From the NCBI GenBank assembly GCA_000004985.1, contig GG738869.1: DNA of 64,000 nucleotides, one strand, 5' to 3'. Every line of letters starts with the position of its first letter. Positions within the stretch are counted from its first letter, which is position 1. Below the pieces are notes generated by a model. The model had not been told where the DNA came from, ran no database searches, and saw only the letters and a program-made list of their open reading frames with translations. Positions 1 through 7,600 of the stretch are shown one piece after another. The DNA comes from Naegleria gruberi (Eukaryota). The position numbers were made by a program, and so were the translations under genes.

Positions 1-657
1 ACATTTTTTTAAAGTCAAAGTTTTAAAAATTTCATTTAAATTTCTTCCTAAAAAAATTGATTGTTTAAATGGTTTAAATTTACTTGATAAAATTTTAGAT
101 AAAAATTTACAATGTGAAATTCCAGCAGACAATTCAAAATTTAATTTATCTTTAATACTATTCCTAATATAGAGTGTTAAATAATTTGTAAAATATAATT
201 TCCACATGTAATCATTTAATTTTCTATTTTTTAATAATAATTCCCAATTAATTAAATTACCATTAACATCTAAACATGTATCTAAATTTTTATTTAAATA
301 ATTTATATTACTAAATATATTATTAATTAATTCAAAATTAAATTTTTTAATATTTGAAATAAATTTAATTAAATTATTAATAGATTTAGTAACATCAATA
401 TAAATTTCATCAATTGATGATTTTTCAATAATAAAATTCCAATATTTATAATAATTATCCATTTCCAAATTTAAATGTTTTAAAATTAAATTAAAAAATT
501 CAAAAATAATTAAATTTTTAATTTCAGAAATAAAAATTTGATAAGAAAATTCTCTATAAAATTTATAAGTAACTTTAGTTGTATTTGGAAACATTGGAAC
601 ATGAATTAATTTTAAATTTGGACATTTTTGTATTGCTATATTTGGTTTATCATGTTT
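1..657 (-). CDS. Y-family DNA polymerase (Pol eta / Rad30-like), internal fragment, partial at both ends. 219 codons read open on the minus strand from 657 down to 1, with no start or stop inside the window.
   Basis: I translated the reverse complement by hand. The frame is stop-free across all 657 nt. It reads ...KHDKPNIAIQKCPNLKLIHVPMF...SSIDEIYIDVTKS...FELSAGISHCKFLSKILSSKFKPFKQSIFLGRN.... SIDE(I)Y(I)D at nt 417-397 matches the Y-family catalytic Asp/Glu motif (SIDEAYVDLT in human Pol eta). SAGISH-K-L-K...KP..Q at nt 129-61 matches the conserved Pol eta motif CSAGISHNKVLAKL...NKPN.Q. KCPNL aligns to KLCPDL of Pol eta. Codons are almost all AAT, AAA, ATT, TTA and TTT. This ORF is not in the supplied ORF track, presumably because it has no start or stop in the window. 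Confidence 0.8.
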
Positions 658-707
658 NNNNNNNNNNNNNNNNNNNNNNNNNNNNNNNNNNNNNNNNNNN
701 NNNNNNN
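658..707. other. Assembly gap of 50 N, probably an unknown-size scaffold join.
   Basis: A run of exactly 50 n. Base composition changes from about 15% GC on its left to about 38% GC on its right. Confidence 0.95.
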
Positions 708-1620
708 TCCCCTTACATTCACAATGAAATTACGCTATTTACGAACAAGATTCAATATGTTCTTTAAACTATGTACGAATAGAGTGTTTGTTGTGGAATT
801 TTGTTATTCCATTATTATATTTAGTTTTACAATTGGATGTTTACAAAACGAGATTTTATTTTTGACTTATGTAAAACGTAAATTAAAAACTATTCGAATC
901 GAGACTACCTTTCTCATTAAGAATCCAAAAACGTGATTTTAAATTTATCAAAACAAAATGCTAGAACACATCGCCAGGTATTTGGTGGCTTTCTTTGTGG
1001 GCTTGCAATACTGTGCACTCACGTAGTCCAATTCAAAGAAGCGGTTTCCAATATTGAAAGTATTGAATTGGCCCAATCTGAAGTTTCTATTGGTGAACAG
1101 GTTTCAAGTATTGTTGTTTCAAGTGAGCTGTCTCATAATAACGAATTAGTTTTGGTTTCGTCTCAGGAATTATCCGACATGTTTGGCAAAAAGATGAATT
1201 GTCATTGGATTAAGCAACATTTTATTTTGGATATTGTGGGGAGTTGGTAGAGATTTGGTGGAAAGATATTGGCGTTTCAAATCTTCATCCGAAAATGAAA
1301 ATTCGAAACTTCCCAATAAGGAAGGCTCAATAGAATTCGAGTTCCAATAATTGTTACTCAAAATTATGGATCTGGATGTTATGATATTCAAACATTACTC
1401 AATGAACTCAACTCTAAATGCACAAAATACAGTTTCGAATTGGTGGCCGAATCTGAGACTAATCCTCCCTACCTAATTCGATGATTCCACTCTCTACATT
1501 GTTAATGCAAAATTTTCTGAAAGTATTAACAGACCGAAAATGTACATTTGTGCTCATACTAAAAATATGCTAGAATTGAAAAGTTTACAACCATTGGAAC
1601 AATATCTTTAATCACAATTT
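708..1620. other. Segment of different composition (about 35-48% GC, many CpG). It has no ATG-initiated conserved ORF. It may be a degenerate mobile element, UTR or noncoding RNA, or an unrecognised gene; I cannot say which.
   Basis: GC in 961-1020 is about 48%, against 13-15% in the flanks. CpGs are frequent (acgctatttacgaac, ttcgaatcgag, catcgcc, cacgtag, agcggtt, ggcgttt, tccgaaaatg, ttcgagttcc, ggccgaatc, accgaaaatg). The longest open frame on the plus strand (921-1250) has no ATG until near its end. Its residues (acidic, Ser/Val-rich) resemble nothing I recognise. Codon usage (CTG, GCG, CGC, GGC) differs from both neighbouring genes. Confidence 0.3.
724..954 (+). CDS. Hypothetical 76-aa ORF, MKLRYLRTRFNMFFKLCTNRVFVVEFCYSIIIFSFTIGCLQNEILFLTYVKRKLKTIRIETTFLIKNPKT. 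It contains one hydrophobic, transmembrane-like stretch. It is very possibly a chance ORF.
   Basis: ATG at 724 and TGA at 952-954. I see no conservation. Evidence is its length only. Confidence 0.1.
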
Positions 1621-1754
1621 ATTCACAATAGATTATAATATAATCAATATTGTAAAAAATTAATAAAAAAATAATTGGATTTTTATAAATTTCCTTTTTA
1701 GTCAATTTGTTCTATTTTAAAAAACTTTGAAAAATCAAAAAATTTCAAAAAAAA
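1621..1754 (+). promoter_or_regulatory. Extremely AT-rich (about 13% GC) 5' flank of the Zn2Cys6 gene with an A-rich translation-initiation context (aaaaaaaaATG). Probably promoter and 5'UTR.
   Basis: ttcaaaaaaaaATGcaa at 1743-1760. The sharp drop in GC just upstream of the ATG is typical of intergenic DNA in AT-rich eukaryotes. I have not identified a specific TATA or initiator element. Confidence 0.3.
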
Positions 1755-2291
1755 ATGCAATCATTTCAATCTTCACCACCATCCGAACCTCTTCCCTCCT
1801 GCTCTTCAACCACTTGCCAATCCTGCAGAAAACTCCACAGAAAATGTGATAAACTTCTTCCGTCCTGTTCCTACTGCACAAAAAGAGGCTACGTTTGTTG
1901 TTATGAAAAAACCAGAGATGAACAATCGGTTGTAATCCGAAAAAAGAATGAAAACCCTTCGTTAAATTATCATCTCCATCATGACAATGATACAACTCTT
2001 GTAAATAATAGTAATCATCATAATAATAATAATAATTTAGTATCATCTGGATTTGATAGTAGTAGTAATAATATGATGATGGTGATGAATAATAGTAATA
2101 ATAATTTTAATGTAAATAATAATAAGCAAAATAGGTATAGATCGGTTCCTTATCAATCGACTGCTGGTTCTTCGTTGATATTTTCCTCTCAAAGAAATGA
2201 AAACAATTCTATGAATTATTCAATGATGATGAATGATTATCAACAGCAGCAGCAATCAGCAGCTTTTGTAAATATTGCAAATATGTTTAAT
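1755..2291 (+). CDS. N-terminal part of a fungal-type Zn(II)2Cys6 (GAL4-like) binuclear-cluster transcription factor. It runs into the N gap.
   Basis: ATG at 1755. Residues 21-48 (nt 1815-1898) read CQSCRKLHRKCDKLLPSCSYCTKRGYVC. This is C-X2-C-X6-C-X6-C-X2-C-X6-C, exactly the Zn2Cys6 spacing. After it comes Asn/Ser/His/Met-rich low complexity (NNSNHHNNNNN, SSSNNMMMVMNNSNNNFNVNNNKQN, QQQQQ) encoded by AAT, AGT and ATG trinucleotide runs. Confidence 0.85.
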
Positions 2292-3457
2292 NNNNNNNNN
2301 NNNNNNNNNNNNNNNNNNNNNNNNNNNNNNNNNNNNNNNNNNNNNNNNNNNNNNNNNNNNNNNNNNNNNNNNNNNNNNNNNNNNNNNNNNNNNNNNNNNN
2401 NNNNNNNNNNNNNNNNNNNNNNNNNNNNNNNNNNNNNNNNNNNNNNNNNNNNNNNNNNNNNNNNNNNNNNNNNNNNNNNNNNNNNNNNNNNNNNNNNNNN
2501 NNNNNNNNNNNNNNNNNNNNNNNNNNNNNNNNNNNNNNNNNNNNNNNNNNNNNNNNNNNNNNNNNNNNNNNNNNNNNNNNNNNNNNNNNNNNNNNNNNNN
2601 NNNNNNNNNNNNNNNNNNNNNNNNNNNNNNNNNNNNNNNNNNNNNNNNNNNNNNNNNNNNNNNNNNNNNNNNNNNNNNNNNNNNNNNNNNNNNNNNNNNN
2701 NNNNNNNNNNNNNNNNNNNNNNNNNNNNNNNNNNNNNNNNNNNNNNNNNNNNNNNNNNNNNNNNNNNNNNNNNNNNNNNNNNNNNNNNNNNNNNNNNNNN
2801 NNNNNNNNNNNNNNNNNNNNNNNNNNNNNNNNNNNNNNNNNNNNNNNNNNNNNNNNNNNNNNNNNNNNNNNNNNNNNNNNNNNNNNNNNNNNNNNNNNNN
2901 NNNNNNNNNNNNNNNNNNNNNNNNNNNNNNNNNNNNNNNNNNNNNNNNNNNNNNNNNNNNNNNNNNNNNNNNNNNNNNNNNNNNNNNNNNNNNNNNNNNN
3001 NNNNNNNNNNNNNNNNNNNNNNNNNNNNNNNNNNNNNNNNNNNNNNNNNNNNNNNNNNNNNNNNNNNNNNNNNNNNNNNNNNNNNNNNNNNNNNNNNNNN
3101 NNNNNNNNNNNNNNNNNNNNNNNNNNNNNNNNNNNNNNNNNNNNNNNNNNNNNNNNNNNNNNNNNNNNNNNNNNNNNNNNNNNNNNNNNNNNNNNNNNNN
3201 NNNNNNNNNNNNNNNNNNNNNNNNNNNNNNNNNNNNNNNNNNNNNNNNNNNNNNNNNNNNNNNNNNNNNNNNNNNNNNNNNNNNNNNNNNNNNNNNNNNN
3301 NNNNNNNNNNNNNNNNNNNNNNNNNNNNNNNNNNNNNNNNNNNNNNNNNNNNNNNNNNNNNNNNNNNNNNNNNNNNNNNNNNNNNNNNNNNNNNNNNNNN
3401 NNNNNNNNNNNNNNNNNNNNNNNNNNNNNNNNNNNNNNNNNNNNNNNNNNNNNNNNN
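2292..3457. other. Assembly gap of 1,166 N, presumably a sized gap. It lies inside the transcription-factor gene.
   Basis: A continuous n run. The same reading frame is open on both sides if the gap length is taken literally. Confidence 0.95.
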
Positions 3458-3458
3458 G

Positions 3459-3854
3459 ATCTATTTACAGCAGAGAAATAGTGCATCGGGAATAGAGTCA
3501 TTATTTGATTTTGGAGAGGATATCTTTTCCATAGAGTCTCTTTCCAATTCATCACCAAGCTCATCAAATTGCTCGAAAGAAAATCTAACACCACAAACCA
3601 TTTTCGATACCTATCAGTCAGATTACGCCCCACTTTTCCGAGACTTTGGTATAGATATGGAAATAGTTGATGTATTCATTGAGAATATGAGTGAACAAGA
3701 AAAATTATTTCATAATGACAAGACGAAACTAGCAGAAAAGAGAATGGAACTTGTAGAATCTTTCAAGGCAATATCTGGAAAGAAGAAGGATGTATTTGGC
3801 ATTGTAGCTTGTGAATTTTTAAAGAAACAACTTCTTTTTAATGAAAATAACTAG
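3459..3854 (+). CDS. C-terminal 131 codons of a protein-coding gene, most likely the same Zn2Cys6 factor. It ends at TAG 3852-3854.
   Basis: The frame is open for 131 codons from the gap edge to the stop: IYLQQRNSASGIESLFDFGEDIFSIESLSNSSPSSSNCSKENLTPQTIFDTYQSDYAPLFRDFGIDMEIVDVFIENMSEQEKLFHNDKTKLAEKRMELVESFKAISGKKKDVFGIVACEFLKKQLLFNENN*. It is in phase with the 1755 ATG if the gap is exactly 1,166 nt. Assigning it to the same gene is inference. The expected fungal middle-homology region would lie in the gap. Confidence 0.55.
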   Translation: MYLQQRNSASGIESLFDFGEDIFSIESLSNSSPSSSNCSKENLTPQTIFDTYQSDYAPLFRDFGIDMEIVDVFIENMSEQEKLFHNDKTKLAEKRMELVESFKAISGKKKDVFGIVACEFLKKQLLFNENN

Positions 3855-3947
3855 TTAATTACCTATATAATTTATTTTTCTAGTTCAACAAGTTGACATT
3901 TGTGAAACAATCTGAACATGTGAAAAAGATGAAATAGTTATTAATTT

Positions 3948-3966
3948 AAGGAATTAAGGAATTAAG
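3948..3966. repeat. Short tandem repeat (AAGGAATT) x 2.4 in the shared 3' intergenic region.
   Basis: aaggaatt aaggaatt aag is read directly at 3948-3966. Confidence 0.6.
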
Positions 3967-3993
3967 AAAAGGTAGCTTTTTTAAATTTTAATT

Positions 3994-3999
3994 TTTATT
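3994..3999 (-). terminator. Candidate AATAAA polyadenylation signal for the alpha-tubulin transcript, about 70 nt downstream of its stop codon.
   Basis: The minus strand reads aataataaaaatt (plus tttatt at 3994-3999). AATAAA arises easily by chance in DNA this AT-rich, hence the low confidence. A TATATA element at about 3866-3871 lies 12 nt after the transcription-factor stop and could serve the plus-strand gene. Confidence 0.2.
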
Positions 4000-4064
4000 A
4001 TTTCAATGCTTGATTGTTCAATTATTACATTAACAATATTGCACTGAAAGTGAGATTAATGGAT

Positions 4065-4694
<630 letters not shown>

Positions 4695-7600
4695 NNNNNN
4701 NNNNNNNNNNNNNNNNNNNNNNNNNNNNNNNNNNNNNNNNNNNNNNNNNNNNNNNNNNNNNNNNNNNNNNNNNNNNNNNNNNNNNNNNNNNNNNNNNNNN
4801 NNNNNNNNNNNNNNNNNNNNNNNNNNNNNNNNNNNNNNNNNNNNNNNNNNNNNNNNNNNNNNNNNNNNNNNNNNNNNNNNNNNNNNNNNNNNNNNNNNNN
4901 NNNNNNNNNNNNNNNNNNNNNNNNNNNNNNNNNNNNNNNNNNNNNNNNNNNNNNNNNNNNNNNNNNNNNNNNNNNNNNNNNNNNNNNNNNNNNNNNNNNN
5001 NNNNNNNNNNNNNNNNNNNNNNNNNNNNNNNNNNNNNNNNNNNNNNNNNNNNNNNNNNNNNNNNNNNNNNNNNNNNNNNNNNNNNNNNNNNNNNNNNNNN
5101 NNNNNNNNNNNNNNNNNNNNNNNNNNNNNNNNNNNNNNNNNNNNNNNNNNNNNNNNNNNNNNNNNNNNNNNNNNNNNNNNNNNNNNNNNNNNNNNNNNNN
5201 NNNNNNNNNNNNNNNNNNNNNNNNNNNNNNNNNNNNNNNNNNNNNNNNNNNNNNNNNNNNNNNNNNNNNNNNNNNNNNNNNNNNNNNNNNNNNNNNNNNN
5301 NNNNNNNNNNNNNNNNNNNNNNNNNNNNNNNNNNNNNNNNNNNNNNNNNNNNNNNNNNNNNNNNNNNNNNNNNNNNNNNNNNNNNNNNNNNNNNNNNNNN
5401 NNNNNNNNNNNNNNNNNNNNNNNNNNNNNNNNNNNNNNNNNNNNNNNNNNNNNNNNNNNNNNNNNNNNNNNNNNNNNNNNNNNNNNNNNNNNNNNNNNNN
5501 NNNNNNNNNNNNNNNNNNNNNNNNNNNNNNNNNNNNNNNNNNNNNNNNNNNNNNNNNNNNNNNNNNNNNNNNNNNNNNNNNNNNNNNNNNNNNNNNNNNN
5601 NNNNNNNNNNNNNNNNNNNNNNNNNNNNNNNNNNNNNNNNNNNNNNNNNNNNNNNNNNNNNNNNNNNNNNNNNNNNNNNNNNNNNNNNNNNNNNNNNNNN
5701 NNNNNNNNNNNNNNNNNNNNNNNNNNNNNNNNNNNNNNNNNNNNNNNNNNNNNNNNNNNNNNNNNNNNNNNNNNNNNNNNNNNNNNNNNNNNNNNNNNNN
5801 NNNNNNNNNNNNNNNNNNNNNNNNNNNNNNNNNNNNNNNNNNNNNNNNNNNNNNNNNNNNNNNNNNNNNNNNNNNNNNNNNNNNNNNNNNNNNNNNNNNN
5901 NNNNNNNNNNNNNNNNNNNNNNNNNNNNNNNNNNNNNNNNNNNNNNNNNNNNNNNNNNNNNNNNNNNNNNNNNNNNNNNNNNNNNNNNNNNNNNNNNNNN
6001 NNNNNNNNNNNNNNNNNNNNNNNNNNNNNNNNNNNNNNNNNNNNNNNNNNNNNNNNNNNNNNNNNNNNNNNNNNNNNNNNNNNNNNNNNNNNNNNNNNNN
6101 NNNNNNNNNNNNNNNNNNNNNNNNNNNNNNNNNNNNNNNNNNNNNNNNNNNNNNNNNNNNNNNNNNNNNNNNNNNNNNNNNNNNNNNNNNNNNNNNNNNN
6201 NNNNNNNNNNNNNNNNNNNNNNNNNNNNNNNNNNNNNNNNNNNNNNNNNNNNNNNNNNNNNNNNNNNNNNNNNNNNNNNNNNNNNNNNNNNNNNNNNNNN
6301 NNNNNNNNNNNNNNNNNNNNNNNNNNNNNNNNNNNNNNNNNNNNNNNNNNNNNNNNNNNNNNNNNNNNNNNNNNNNNNNNNNNNNNNNNNNNNNNNNNNN
6401 NNNNNNNNNNNNNNNNNNNNNNNNNNNNNNNNNNNNNNNNNNNNNNNNNNNNNNNNNNNNNNNNNNNNNNNNNNNNNNNNNNNNNNNNNNNNNNNNNNNN
6501 NNNNNNNNNNNNNNNNNNNNNNNNNNNNNNNNNNNNNNNNNNNNNNNNNNNNNNNNNNNNNNNNNNNNNNNNNNNNNNNNNNNNNNNNNNNNNNNNNNNN
6601 NNNNNNNNNNNNNNNNNNNNNNNNNNNNNNNNNNNNNNNNNNNNNNNNNNNNNNNNNNNNNNNNNNNNNNNNNNNNNNNNNNNNNNNNNNNNNNNNNNNN
6701 NNNNNNNNNNNNNNNNNNNNNNNNNNNNNNNNNNNNNNNNNNNNNNNNNNNNNNNNNNNNNNNNNNNNNNNNNNNNNNNNNNNNNNNNNNNNNNNNNNNN
6801 NNNNNNNNNNNNNNNNNNNNNNNNNNNNNNNNNNNNNNNNNNNNNNNNNNNNNNNNNNNNNNNNNNNNNNNNNNNNNNNNNNNNNNNNNNNNNNNNNNNN
6901 NNNNNNNNNNNNNNNNNNNNNNNNNNNNNNNNNNNNNNNNNNNNNNNNNNNNNNNNNNNNNNNNNNNNNNNNNNNNNNNNNNNNNNNNNNNNNNNNNNNN
7001 NNNNNNNNNNNNNNNNNNNNNNNNNNNNNNNNNNNNNNNNNNNNNNNNNNNNNNNNNNNNNNNNNNNNNNNNNNNNNNNNNNNNNNNNNNNNNNNNNNNN
7101 NNNNNNNNNNNNNNNNNNNNNNNNNNNNNNNNNNNNNNNNNNNNNNNNNNNNNNNNNNNNNNNNNNNNNNNNNNNNNNNNNNNNNNNNNNNNNNNNNNNN
7201 NNNNNNNNNNNNNNNNNNNNNNNNNNNNNNNNNNNNNNNNNNNNNNNNNNNNNNNNNNNNNNNNNNNNNNNNNNNNNNNNNNNNNNNNNNNNNNNNNNNN
7301 NNNNNNNNNNNNNNNNNNNNNNNNNNNNNNNNNNNNNNNNNNNNNNNNNNNNNNNNNNNNNNNNNNNNNNNNNNNNNNNNNNNNNNNNNNNNNNNNNNNN
7401 NNNNNNNNNNNNNNNNNNNNNNNNNNNNNNNNNNNNNNNNNNNNNNNNNNNNNNNNNNNNNNNNNNNNNNNNNNNNNNNNNNNNNNNNNNNNNNNNNNNN
7501 NNNNNNNNNNNNNNNNNNNNNNNNNNNNNNNNNNNNNNNNNNNNNNNNNNNNNNNNNNNNNNNNNNNNNNNNNNNNNNNNNNNNNNNNNNNNNNNNNNNN

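Noticed and set aside
712-716. A GTAAG (5' splice-donor-like) motif on the minus strand right at the gap edge, which could mark an intron in the polymerase gene.
   Set aside because: All three reading frames immediately upstream of it (on the minus strand) contain stop codons within about 30 nt, so no plausible exon ends here.
889-902. tRNA T-loop-like strings ttcgaatc (893-900) and ttcgagttcc (about 1345-1354).
   Set aside because: The flanking bases cannot form a T-stem, and there is no A-box or acceptor-stem complementarity nearby. They are chance matches in a CpG-containing segment.
579-936. Supplied ORFs 579-767, 628-936, 2275-3495 and 2287-3633, which contain long X runs.
   Set aside because: They exist only because Ns translate to X without stops. 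They are not evidence of coding. The hypothetical 724-954 sub-ORF of the second one is listed above at very low confidence.
1170-1391. A minus-strand 73-aa ORF in the moderate-GC segment.
   Set aside because: It starts at a TTG and not an ATG (the track treats alternative starts as M). It has no recognisable similarity and overlaps the equally dubious plus-strand ORF 921-1250.
1735-2046. A minus-strand ORF encoding poly-Tyr/Asp (MILNYYYYYDDYYYLQ...).
   Set aside because: It is the antisense reading of the AAT, ATC and ATG trinucleotide runs inside the Zn2Cys6 gene and is not independent coding.
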